Assembly: GCF_048287415.1 (NCBI RefSeq)
Contig: NZ_JBLWEN010000001.1
Coordinates: forward strand, 88,790-152,789
DNA from: Candidatus Electronema sp. JM
Lineage (GTDB): Bacteria; Desulfobacterota; Desulfobulbia; Desulfobulbales; Desulfobulbaceae
Reading direction: 5' to 3'
Length of the DNA: 64,000 nt
Part shown: one piece after another, positions 28,273 to 38,100 of the stretch
Layout: each line of letters starts with the position of its first letter
Numbering within the stretch: the first letter of the stretch is position 1
Notes under the pieces: generated by a model
Database searches by the model: none
What the model was told of the DNA's origin: nothing
What the model saw: only the letters and a program-made list of their open reading frames with translations
Made by a program: the position numbers and the translations under genes

Positions 28273-31200
28273 ATGCGCATCCTCAAACTCCGCCTGCGCA
28301 ACCTCAACTCCCTTGTCGGCGGGTGGGAGATTGACTTCACCCACCCGGCCTTTGCCGACGGCATCTTCGCTATCACCGGCCCAACCGGCGCAGGCAAGAC
28401 CACTATTCTCGATGCGCTCTGCCTCGCGCTGTATGGCCGCACGCCGCGCTTGGATAAAGTGACGAAGCGCGGCAATGAGATTATGTCTCGGCAGAGCGGC
28501 GAATGCTTTGCCGAGGTGGAATTCTCGGTCGGCAAGGAGGCCCGCCGCTGCTCCTGGAGCCAAGGCCGCAGCCGGAAAAAGGCGGACGGAGAACTTCAGC
28601 AGCCGAAGCGCGAGCTGTCGCTGCTCAACGGCGAGATTCTTGCCAGCAGCGTCAGCAGCGTGGAACAGCTTGTTGAGGAATGCACCGGCATGGATTTCGA
28701 CCGCTTCACCCGCTCCATGCTGCTCGCGCAGGGCGGTTTCGCCGCCTTTCTCCAAGCCTCGCCGGATGAGCGTTCGCCGATTTTGGAGCAGATCACCGGC
28801 AGCACAATTTACAGCGAGATATCCATCCGTGCGCATGAACGCTGGAAACGCGAAAACGACCGCCAGAAGCAGCTTGAGGAACAGGCGGCGGCCTTCCAGC
28901 TTCTCAGCTTGGAAGAAGAGGACGTGCTGCGGCAGGAGCTGGACAGGCTGCGCGGCGAGGTGCGCGTTCAGGGCGACAGGCTGACGCAGCTTGATGCCGC
29001 TCTGAAATGGCTGAAGCGACTTGCTGATCTACGCCAAGACGTGGCAGCGGTCAGCAGGGAGCAGGCCGGGCTGGCTGCGGCGCAAGAGCAGTTTGCCGCC
29101 AGCGAGCAGCGGCTGCGTCTGGACGGACTGGCCCTGCTTGTAGCTGGGGAGCACGCCGCCTTGGCCGCCCGGCGTAAGCAGCAGGCGGATGATCTCAGTG
29201 CAGCGGCAATCTTACGCCGCAGCCTGCCGGAGCTGGAAGCCGCGCTCAAGGCGGCAGACGGGCGGTTGGTCAGCAGCGGCGATGCGCTTGCAGCAGCCAA
29301 AGCAGCGCAGGAGACAGGCCGCGTCCTTATCACCAAAGTGCGCGAGCTGGATTTTCGCTTGCAAGAGAAGCGGGCCGCGCTGCGCAAGCAGGACGAAGCC
29401 TGCGCCGAATTGCGCCGGAAAAATGCTGCTGATCTCGCCGCCTGCGGGAAGCTGGAGCAGGAGCTGCGGCGTGTTCAGGATAGTCAGCAGCAGAGTGCGG
29501 CTTATCTGGCGAAACATGCGGCAGACGAGCGGCTGCTGACAGACTTGACCGGTCTCGGTCAGCAATTGAAGCAGCTTGGCGAGCTGGCCTGGCGGCATGA
29601 GGATGTCAGGCTCGCAGCGGCACTTGCTGAGAAAACCGCTGCCGAGGCGGCGCAGTTCTGGCAGGGCAAAGCTGCGGCGCGGCGCAAGGCGGATGAGCTG
29701 CTTGCCGAAGTGCAAGAGGCACGGGCGGCGGCGGACAACGAATTTGCTCAGCTCCTGCAAGGCCGCCGGGCTGAGGAGCTGTGGCACGAGCAGAACGCCT
29801 TGATCACGCTGACCAAGCTGCTGGCCCAAGCAGATATGCTGGCCAAGGAGCGGGCTGATCTGCATGAGCAGCAGGTTGCGAACAGCGTGGCCAAACAGGT
29901 GCTGGCAGAGACGCTGCGCACGCTGCGGCAGCACTGCAATGCGGCACGGCAGGAGGAGGAAGTCCGGCGGATTGAAGCGGACTTTGCCAAGCGCGTGCTC
30001 AGTCTGGAGGAGCAGCGGGCGCGGCTTCAGGCCGGACAGCCGTGTCCGCTCTGCGGCTCGCCGGAGCATCCCTACGCACAGGGCGGTTTACCTTTGCTGC
30101 ATCAGGCCGAATTGGCCGCGCAGGCAGCCGCTGCGGCCTTGCGGCAGGCTGAGGAAGCTCTGAACAAGGCGGACAAAGAGCAGGCGCGGTTAGATCAGGC
30201 TGCCCAGCATCTCGATGAGCGTCTGACTGAGAAGAACACGGCCATGCAGGCACTTCAGCAGCAGACAGCCAACTGCTGCGCCGAGCTGGCTCTGGTGCCG
30301 GAGCAGCAGCTGTCGGAAATTGAGCAGCGGCTGCATGAGAATCGGCAGACCGTGCAGGCCGCTGAGGCATTGACCAAGAAAATCAGCCAGCTTGGCAAAA
30401 CGCTGGAGCAGCGGCAGGCCGCCTGCATCCAAACTGCGCAGGATGAAAGCAAGGCCGCTGCTGCGCGGGATAAGGCGCAGGAGGCGCGGCAGCGTCTGGC
30501 TGAGGAAGAGCGCAATTTAGCAGAAGATGTGGCGGTAAAGCTGCGGGCGGCGCAAACTGAGCTAGCGGTGTACGGCTGCGCTGAGTTCTCGCTGCGGGAG
30601 ATTGACCAAACCGCCATTGCGTTGACCACCCGCCGCGACACATGGCAGCGGCATCAGCAGCAGCGTATTGCGGCGGAGCAGAAGATTGCCGGGCTTGATA
30701 CAGACGTAAAGGTGCTGCGGGCGGGCATTGAGCAGCGGAACAGGCAGCTTGAGCACGAGGAGCCGCTGCTGCAAGCAGGACGGCAGGAGGCGGAACGGTT
30801 GGCCGCTGAACGGGCCGCGCTCTTTGCCGACAAGCAGCCGGAAGCGGAAGAAAAGCGGCTGGCTGAGGCGGTCAAAGCGGCGGAGCAGGCCGTTGAGCAG
30901 GCGCAGGCGGCGCAGCAGCGACAAGAGAAAACGCTGCATCAGCAACACGCCCTGATCAGCAGCCGGGAGCGTGCCGCTGCGGACAGGATGCCGGAGCTGG
31001 CGCGGCAGGAGGCAGCCTTTGCCGAACGGCTGCGGGCGGGCGGTTTTGCCGATGAAGCGGCTTGGCAGACGGCGCAGCTTGCTGAGGCGGAGCGGGCGGC
31101 CTTGCGGCGGCAGGCGGAAGAGCTGCGTGACCGCCGGACACAGCTTGACGAGCGGCGGCGCGACCGCGAAGCCCGCTTGGCCGAGGAGGAGCAATTAGCC

Positions 31201-31884
31201 CTCACCGACTTGGATCAAGCGCGGCTGGAGGAGGAGCAGGCCGGGCTGACGCTCGCCAGCCGCCGGACAGCGGAGCAGATCGGCTCGCTGACGCAGCGGC
31301 TTGCTGACAACCAGGAGCGGCGCGGCCAGCAGAGCGGCCTGCTCCGTGAGCTGGCGGCGCAGAAAACAGAATGCCTGCGCTGGAAAAGCCTGCATGACCT
31401 GATCGGCTCGGCGGACGGCAAAAAGTACCGCAACTTTGCTCAAGGACTGACCTTTGAGCAGATGGTGCTGCACTCCAACCGCGAGCTGGCCCGCATCCAC
31501 AGCCGCTATCTGCTCCTCCGCGATCCGCAGCAGCCGCTGGAGCTGAGTGTGGCTGATTTCGAGCAGGCGGGCGAAGTCCGCTCCGTCAAAAATCTTTCCG
31601 GCGGCGAGAGCTTCATGGTCAGCCTCGCTCTGGCCCTCGGTTTATCAAGCATGGTCGGCGGCAAGGTGGAATCCCTCTTTCTTGATGAGGGCTTCGGCAC
31701 CTTGGACGACGACGCGCTGGACTCCGCCTTGGCCCGGCTGGCCGAGCTGCGCGGCGAAGGGCGGCTGATCGGGGTGATCTCGCATGTGGCCGCGCTCAAG
31801 GAGCGGATTGCCTGCCAGATTGAGGCCCTGCCCGGCAGCGGCGGGCGGAGTGTGCTGAAAGGGCCGGGCGTGCGGCGGCTGTGA
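28273..31884 (+). CDS. sbcC: SbcC-type SMC-like ATPase (exonuclease subunit C)
   Basis: Walker A GPTGAGKTTILDA, about 900 aa of Ala/Gln/Glu/Arg coiled coil with a central zinc hook CPLCGS, signature LSGGESF, and Walker B LFLDEGFGTLD. Confidence 0.9.
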   Translation: MRILKLRLRNLNSLVGGWEIDFTHPAFADGIFAITGPTGAGKTTILDALCLALYGRTPRLDKVTKRGNEIMSRQSGECFAEVEFSVGKEARRCSWSQGRSRKKADGELQQPKRELSLLNGEILASSVSSVEQLVEECTGMDFDRFTRSMLLAQGGFAAFLQASPDERSPILEQITGSTIYSEISIRAHERWKRENDRQKQLEEQAAAFQLLSLEEEDVLRQELDRLRGEVRVQGDRLTQLDAALKWLKRLADLRQDVAAVSREQAGLAAAQEQFAASEQRLRLDGLALLVAGEHAALAARRKQQADDLSAAAILRRSLPELEAALKAADGRLVSSGDALAAAKAAQETGRVLITKVRELDFRLQEKRAALRKQDEACAELRRKNAADLAACGKLEQELRRVQDSQQQSAAYLAKHAADERLLTDLTGLGQQLKQLGELAWRHEDVRLAAALAEKTAAEAAQFWQGKAAARRKADELLAEVQEARAAADNEFAQLLQGRRAEELWHEQNALITLTKLLAQADMLAKERADLHEQQVANSVAKQVLAETLRTLRQHCNAARQEEEVRRIEADFAKRVLSLEEQRARLQAGQPCPLCGSPEHPYAQGGLPLLHQAELAAQAAAAALRQAEEALNKADKEQARLDQAAQHLDERLTEKNTAMQALQQQTANCCAELALVPEQQLSEIEQRLHENRQTVQAAEALTKKISQLGKTLEQRQAACIQTAQDESKAAAARDKAQEARQRLAEEERNLAEDVAVKLRAAQTELAVYGCAEFSLREIDQTAIALTTRRDTWQRHQQQRIAAEQKIAGLDTDVKVLRAGIEQRNRQLEHEEPLLQAGRQEAERLAAERAALFADKQPEAEEKRLAEAVKAAEQAVEQAQAAQQRQEKTLHQQHALISSRERAAADRMPELARQEAAFAERLRAGGFADEAAWQTAQLAEAERAALRRQAEELRDRRTQLDERRRDREARLAEEEQLALTDLDQARLEEEQAGLTLASRRTAEQIGSLTQRLADNQERRGQQSGLLRELAAQKTECLRWKSLHDLIGSADGKKYRNFAQGLTFEQMVLHSNRELARIHSRYLLLRDPQQPLELSVADFEQAGEVRSVKNLSGGESFMVSLALALGLSSMVGGKVESLFLDEGFGTLDDDALDSALARLAELRGEGRLIGVISHVAALKERIACQIEALPGSGGRSVLKGPGVRRL

Positions 31885-31997
31885 AAGCCTGCCCGGCACT
31901 TCTTTCTTGACAAATGCGGCCCGCCGAAATAAAGTCGGTGTTTATGACCTGTTGCGTAACTGCCCTGCGTTGAGGAGCCGCAAAGCATGTGCTTGAT

Positions 31998-32025
31998 GTA
32001 GGGGCGAAAAATTTTTCGCCCCTGC
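31998..32025. repeat. REP-like element copy 1: perfect 24-nt palindrome AGGGGCGAAAAATTTTTCGCCCCT inside a 28-mer shared with copy 2
   Basis: GTAGGGGCGAAAAATTTTTCGCCCCTGC is identical at 31998-32025 and 60479-60506. It is flanked by the imperfect inverted repeats TATGACCTGTTGCGTAAC (31943-31960) and CTTATGCAAGAGGTCT (32028-32043). Confidence 0.9.
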
Positions 32026-32121
32026 TGCTTATGCAAGAGGTCTGCTGACTGAGGATAAGTTTGCAACAAAACTGGCGGGAACATCCTGCCAAACAAGAAC
32101 TGACATCGGGAGGAGCGGAAA

Positions 32122-32247
32122 ATGGGAGATAAAGGCGGCAAGAAGGATAAAGAAAAGAACAAGAAGCAGCAGGCCCAGAAGCATGACCAGAAGGGCAAGG
32201 CTGCGCCCGCCGCGCAGGAAAAGCCGCCGAAGAAGGCGGAGAAGTAG
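32122..32247 (+). CDS. Small lysine-rich protein (41 aa), absent from the ORF track
   Basis: ATG at 32122 is preceded by GGGAGGAG. It reads MGDKGGKKDKEKNKKQQAQKHDQKGKAAPAAQEKPPKKAEK, with stop TAG at 32245-32247. Confidence 0.45.
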   Translation: MGDKGGKKDKEKNKKQQAQKHDQKGKAAPAAQEKPPKKAEK

Positions 32248-32303
32248 GAGGACAGCTCCCGCCGAGCTGCTGTCTGCGGCTTGGCGGGAGATTGAATCGG
32301 GCA

Positions 32304-32900
32304 ATGATGAAGGACTGCAATGCGATGAAACGGCCAGCAGTTTTTCTTGATCGTGACGGCACCATCAACGAGCAGATGGGCTATGTCAATCATATCAGCC
32401 GCTTTGTCCTTTTGCCCGGCGTGGCGCAGGCAATCCGCAGGCTGAACGAGCATGACATTCCGGCGGTGGTGGTGACAAATCAGTCCGGGCTGGCGCGGGG
32501 CTATTTTCCCGCCTCCCTGCTGGATGAGGTTCACGCGGAGCTGGTGCGGCTGCTGGCAGCGGAAGGGGCGCGGCTGGATGGCATTTATGTTTGTCCGCAT
32601 CACCCGGAGGCGAAAGTGGAGCAGTACCGCCAAGCCTGCCGCTGCCGCAAACCGCAGACCGGGCTGCTGGAGCAGGCCGCCGCCGAGCTTGATCTGGACC
32701 TTGCCCGCTCGTTCATGGTCGGTGACCGCTGGTCAGATTTGGAATGCGGAGTCCGGGCTGGCGCGGCGCCGGTGCTGGTGCTGACGGGCTATGGACGCGG
32801 CGAGCTGGAGTTTATCGGGCCACACAAAAAAATCCAGCCCGCGCTGGTCGCAGCTAATCTGTTGGATGCGGTGGAACAGATTATTCGGCTGAATACTTAG
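32304..32900 (+). CDS. gmhB: D-glycero-D-manno-heptose 1,7-bisphosphate phosphatase (HAD family)
   Basis: HAD motif I FLDRDGTIN, VTNQSG, the Cys cluster CPHHP...CRCRKP, and motif MVGDRWSDLECG. Start is ambiguous (ATG at 32304, 32307 or 32325; the ORF-track start at 32292 is TTG). Confidence 0.8.
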   Translation: MMKDCNAMKRPAVFLDRDGTINEQMGYVNHISRFVLLPGVAQAIRRLNEHDIPAVVVTNQSGLARGYFPASLLDEVHAELVRLLAAEGARLDGIYVCPHHPEAKVEQYRQACRCRKPQTGLLEQAAAELDLDLARSFMVGDRWSDLECGVRAGAAPVLVLTGYGRGELEFIGPHKKIQPALVAANLLDAVEQIIRLNT

Positions 32901-33006
32901 TTTCCAAAAAAAATCGGCATGTTGCACAGGACACTTCCTTTCGGAAGGACATATCCTGCTAATTCCTCTGCACACTGGTGAGGAGGATGGAACATGGATA
33001 GTGAGC

Positions 33007-35025
33007 TTACAGGCCGCGAACTGGCGGCAAGGAAAGGGCAAGCCGGAAGCCCAAGTCGTCGCTGCGGTTGTCCGGCGAGTACCAGTAGCGGAACGCCGCC
33101 CGCACGAACAAGGGTGAGTCGCCCCAGCTACCGCCGCGAAACACGCGGCTCGAGCCTTTCTCAGGGCCAATCGGATTGCCCTTAGGACTGACAGCGTAAT
33201 AACCACTGTTGTACCAATCCGCGCACCACTCCCAGACATTGCCGTGCATGTCGTGAAGGCCCCAAGCGTTGGCCTTCTTTTCACCAACTGGATGGGTTGT
33301 ATTGCCGGAATTTTTGCCGTACCAAGCATAGTCCTGAAGCTGCGCCTCATCATCACCAAAGCACCAAGCCGACTCACTGCCTGCCCGGCAGGCATATTCC
33401 CACTCCGCTTCGGTGGGGAGGCGATAGGTGTGACCTGTTTCCTGACTCAGCCATTGACAGTAGGCAACCGCATCGTCCCAGCTTACATTGATCACCGACC
33501 GCTGCCCTCTGCCCCAGCCCCTGTTTTCTTTACCTGTGGCCTCACAGAAAACATCGTACTCGGCAAAGGTGACTGGATAGCGGCCAATGGCAAAGCTGTC
33601 CAGTTCCACCTCATGCACCGGTCGTGCATCGTCACTGCCATTGCCCTGAATATCTCCCATGCGGAAACGACCGCCGCGTATAAGCATCATCTTTATTCCG
33701 AGTCCACCGCCAAAAGACTCCGGCAAAAGACAAGGTAAGGCAATCTGATCAACGTGCCTGAATATCCCATCAGCAAGATCAACAAAGCGCACGAGCTGAT
33801 CCGTGGCCCGCAGCGGTGTTTGTTCAGCCAACTGCTTCTGCACGATGCCCCAAGCTAAGAGGAACTCCTGCACCGTGTAATGGCTGAAGCGGAAGGCGCG
33901 GTCAGAGTTGCGGTTGAGCAAAGATCGTCCGCCCAGCTCGAACTGCTCCAGCCAGGCTATGTTCGCGTCCGCACGGATGAGCTGCTTCAGCTCATCCTCT
34001 GAGAGTACCCGCGTGCCCTGCCGCTGCATCCGCTCCGCAATCCGCAGGCAGGCCAGAAAGAGTTCCTTGCGCTCAGGCACCTGCTCGCCTTGATGCTGCT
34101 CCCGCAGCTTGCGCACTTCCCGGTCAAGCCATTCCTCCACCGTGTAGGTGTTCCAGTCTTGGCGGCGGCAGTCCTTGGCCAGCAGCTTGTCAATATGCTG
34201 AAGGAGCATGGGCCGCATCCGCAAATCCTGCATGTGCTTGAGCAGACAGTCCGCCTTGGCCCGCTCATCCCTGATCTTCCCAGCCTGAAAGCACAGACGA
34301 TGGTGCCAATGCAAGGGCAGCTTGCGCTCAATGAAGTCCTGCACTTGGGCATCGGTGAAGGGGGAAAGATACAGCACCGGGCAGTGATAGCCGGACAGCA
34401 CCCTGATCTCCGGGCGGCCAAAGCGGTCTGGCTCCATCTCCGGGAAGAACTGCGTCCGGCTGGAGATGAGCACCCGGCGGAAATCCTCGCTGGCGCGCAG
34501 CAGCTCCAGCAGGCGGTCGCGGATGCGCTTCCATGCCTGCGGGTCTTCGTCCAAGGCATCGAGCAGCAGGACGGTCCCGCCCTTGTTCGGCAGAGCCTGC
34601 ACGCGCTCCAAGGTGTCTTTCCCCAGCTTGAACAGGGCGCAGCCATGCCCCTTGGGCCAGAAGCTGGTCAGGTGCATGAGCTTGATCATCAGCAGCAGCG
34701 AGGTCTTGCCCATCCCAGCATCAGAGAGGATGAACATCTGGTGGCGGCCATCCTTCTCCAAAGGCAGACCGCCCTGAAAGAACTCGTTGATCCGCTCAAA
34801 GGCAGGCTGCCGGGCCGCAGAGAGCAGGTCGTCCTGCTGCACATCCGCCGGGTTGCGGTCTTGCAGGAACGGCTCAATGTAGAGGCCGCGCAGGGTTTCA
34901 GGATCAACGAACTCGTCCCGCAGACGGTCAAGCTCCTGCTTCCGCTCGCCGGTCAGTTGCGTGAGCCGCTTCCAAAGATCCTTAATCCACGCTGGCTTGA
35001 CAAAGCTCAGGACTTCCAAGGCCAT
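33007..35025 (-). CDS. NACHT-like STAND P-loop NTPase fused to a C-terminal FGE-sulfatase (SUMF1-type) domain
   Basis: Walker A SDAGMGKTSLL and Walker B VLLLDALDE. The C-terminal ~270 aa carry RGGRFRMGD...PVHEVELDSFAIGRYPVT..EY..F......WDDAVAYCQWLS...YRLPTEAEWEYACRAG...GLHDMHGNVWEWCADWY. RBS AGGAGGG. Confidence 0.8.
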   Translation of the reverse strand: MALEVLSFVKPAWIKDLWKRLTQLTGERKQELDRLRDEFVDPETLRGLYIEPFLQDRNPADVQQDDLLSAARQPAFERINEFFQGGLPLEKDGRHQMFILSDAGMGKTSLLLMIKLMHLTSFWPKGHGCALFKLGKDTLERVQALPNKGGTVLLLDALDEDPQAWKRIRDRLLELLRASEDFRRVLISSRTQFFPEMEPDRFGRPEIRVLSGYHCPVLYLSPFTDAQVQDFIERKLPLHWHHRLCFQAGKIRDERAKADCLLKHMQDLRMRPMLLQHIDKLLAKDCRRQDWNTYTVEEWLDREVRKLREQHQGEQVPERKELFLACLRIAERMQRQGTRVLSEDELKQLIRADANIAWLEQFELGGRSLLNRNSDRAFRFSHYTVQEFLLAWGIVQKQLAEQTPLRATDQLVRFVDLADGIFRHVDQIALPCLLPESFGGGLGIKMMLIRGGRFRMGDIQGNGSDDARPVHEVELDSFAIGRYPVTFAEYDVFCEATGKENRGWGRGQRSVINVSWDDAVAYCQWLSQETGHTYRLPTEAEWEYACRAGSESAWCFGDDEAQLQDYAWYGKNSGNTTHPVGEKKANAWGLHDMHGNVWEWCADWYNSGYYAVSPKGNPIGPEKGSSRVFRGGSWGDSPLFVRAAFRYWYSPDNRSDDLGFRLALSLPPVRGL

Positions 35026-35193
35026 GCTTCCCTCCTTTTTTACTGTTCCTCACCTGCACGACTGTAAATCAGTTCCCAGCCGCAAGCAAGCCGAAAAGCC
35101 CTCTTCGCCTGCCGCAGTTGCAAATTGGCGGCAAGCTGCGTAATATGCTGCGGATGACAATTCTCTCCCGTAACCGCAGCAGACAAGGCCAGC

Positions 35194-38100
35194 ATGAATA
35201 CTACCCAGCCGCCGCCCATCGCCTCCAAGGCTCTTGAAGCCAACTTCCAGCAGACCGCCAGTGCCGTTGCAATTTCTCCCCGCTACGCCCCGCTGCGGGA
35301 GGCCGTGGCCCGCTATCAGGGCTTGTCCGCCCGGCTGGAGCACCTGCTCTACGAAATCAGCCACCCGTTCCGCAACTGGCAGCTCATCATCGCCGAGCTG
35401 CGGCCCTTTGTCCTCAAGAATCTCAATCATTACCTCAGCCATGCGCAGGGGCCGGACTGCTTCGCCCTCTTCAGCTCGATCTTCCTGGACGCGCTGAAGG
35501 ACTCGCGCAAAAACAGCAAGGTCATCGCCCTGACCATGGAGGCCATGCTCGCCTATGCGGACAAAGTCGTCGCCTCGCTCAAGCCGGACATGCTGCCGCT
35601 CTACGGCCCGCAGCTCAACGCTTTTTTCGAGCAGCTCGCCCGCTTGGACGAGATAGACAGCAGCCTGATGGCGCACATGGTGCAGGGCCATCATCCGATG
35701 AAGAAGATGGCGGCCCAGCTCATCAGCCTGAGCCGCAGCGCGGGCGCGGAAACCTTCTCCTGCGCTGCGGCGGCCAAGCTGCTGCGGAAAATCCTCGAAA
35801 TCAACTATGCCTGCTGGCTGGGCGAAGAGGATCCGCAGCCTTGGTTCGAGTCGCAGTGCGGCGGCGGCAGCTGCTGCGGTCAGGCCGGAACCGACTTGGC
35901 GGCGATCTCTCACAGCCGGATGCGCGAGCATCTGACCGCGCTGGAGCAGATCAGCATTGACGAGGATCCGCAGGAGGCCCTCAGCCGCATCTTGGAGCTG
36001 CCCGCGCATATCGACATCGTCCGCCTCTACCGGGAAATCCCCGGCAAATTAGGCGAACATGCTGCGGACACCGACCCGGCGGCGGTGGAGAACCGGAAGC
36101 TCTTCTTCCTCTTCCGCATCATGGAGACCTCCGGCCTCTCGCTCATTCATGAGGAAACCCTGCGCGAGATCAACCGTTCTTTGGTGCAGCTCATCCGCCG
36201 TCAGAGCTTTGACGAGATTGCCGAGTTTTTCACCACCGCCTTTCACTTGCTCAAGGCCAATGTGCGCAAATATCCGCACACTTCGCTGCAATGTATTCAG
36301 GTCATCGGCGGTGAAGTCTTCCAGCGCGGCAACTCGCGTTTAGTTGAAGCCTTCCTCTTCGAGACCGTGCGCTTCGGCTTCCAGCACGCCAATGTCATGG
36401 GCGTGGACGAGGACTGGCAGCCGATCAGCAACCCGGCGCATTTGGCCAACATCCGGGTCTGGCTGAACTTGATCATGCAGGAGCCGAAATGGTGCTCGAC
36501 GCTCTTCTCGGCCCTGATCATCAACCTGCGTCTCTCCGGCACCTGCGTCAAAGACACCGACCTCTTCCAGCGCGACATCACCCAGCTCCTCAATCATCCC
36601 ATCGGCCCGATCTATAACTTGGCCAAGCAGTTCAGCAAGCTGATGCCGGTCTTCTTCAATGAGATCGGCGCGGAAGGCGAGCTGCGCGATGTCTCCACCG
36701 AATTGGATGAACTGCACAAGCGGCACGACGTGCTCATTCATTTTCTCCGCAAGCAGTCGCACGTCGAGTCGTCGAACCTGATTGTCGGCTTCATCCGGGC
36801 CATCTACAGCTTCTGGCTGACCTTGGACAAGAAACCGCTGGCCGCCTATCTGCCGGAAGAAATCCTCAGTCAGGTGGCGAGCAGCGGCCCTTATGTGGAC
36901 GAGCTGCATCTGCTCGCTCAACAGGTGCGCGAGGAATTGGAATACAGCACAGTGGACGAGCTGCTGACCTGGGACGAGGCGGAGCGGAAAGACTGGCTGC
37001 TGCGCCAGAGCGACATTTCCGCTGGCGAGCGCAAACGCTTTGACCTGCTGGTGCGGATGTTCAAGCTGCTCCACCACAAATACAGCTTGGGCATGGATGA
37101 GCTGCGCGGTCAGCTCGAGCACGCGGTGCAGAACGGCTTCCCGGAAATGACCGAGCTGCTGGAGGTTTTGGAGCACGGCGACACCTGGACCTGCTTGGAC
37201 GCAGTGCTGACGCAATTAGAGCAGCTTAAAGAGACCATCCTCAGCGACAAGAAATTTGCGCCGAAGGAGGAAATTTACTACAAGCGGCACATCGCGGTGG
37301 ATATTCCTTCCGTCTATGGCCGCTATTCGGAGCGCAAATTTGACGCGCTCGGCCTGACCTTCCGCTTGGAGAGCCTGGCCAATATTTATTTGGAACGGCT
37401 GAACCGCTCGATCAATCTCGGCTTCATCACCCAAGCCACCTTCATCGGCATCGCCAAAAGCCTCAGCCTCTCTCTCCGCGCCCTGAAGATTGACGGCATC
37501 AGCAGCCGCCGCTTGGACACCTACACCAGCCTGCTCAACTCCTCGATCAGCATCAAACGCTTCACCTACACCCAGCACTTGGACATCTTCCGTGGGTTGT
37601 CAGAAGGGGTGAAGGATGTGATTTATGCCTATTACACCAATATTCATCAGAACAATCTCTCGGTCATCATTCCCCAGATCGGCGGCGAGAATCTGCTGAC
37701 CAAAAACCGGACGCTCTGGGACGAGAAGGACATGTCCTCGACCGTGCACCGCCTTTCCGAGTCCTTCTTCCGCGACCTGATCGCAGCCACCTTCGGCCTC
37801 CAGCATTTGGACAACTTCATCACCCGCATCATCCACACGCTGGAGGCGCAGCGCGACATTCTCGACGAGCAGACCCTCGACCTGCTCATGACCTACAACC
37901 CGGAAATCGCCATCTCCTCGCTCTACAACGAGAATCCGCTCACGCACAACCTGATTCATCTCGGCAACAAGGGCTTCAACCTCATGCTCTTGGCCAACGA
38001 CGGCAAGCCGGTGCCGCCCGCCTTCATCATCACCACTGAAATATTCCGCTGCTGGCAGGCGGTGCAGGGCTTCACCAAGGCGCGGGAGGAGTTTATGCAG

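Noticed and set aside
31506-32633. 375-aa minus-strand ORF spanning the sbcC 3' end, the repeat element and the gmhB 5' end
   Set aside because: It crosses two well-supported plus-strand genes and an intergenic repeat, so it is not plausible as a gene.
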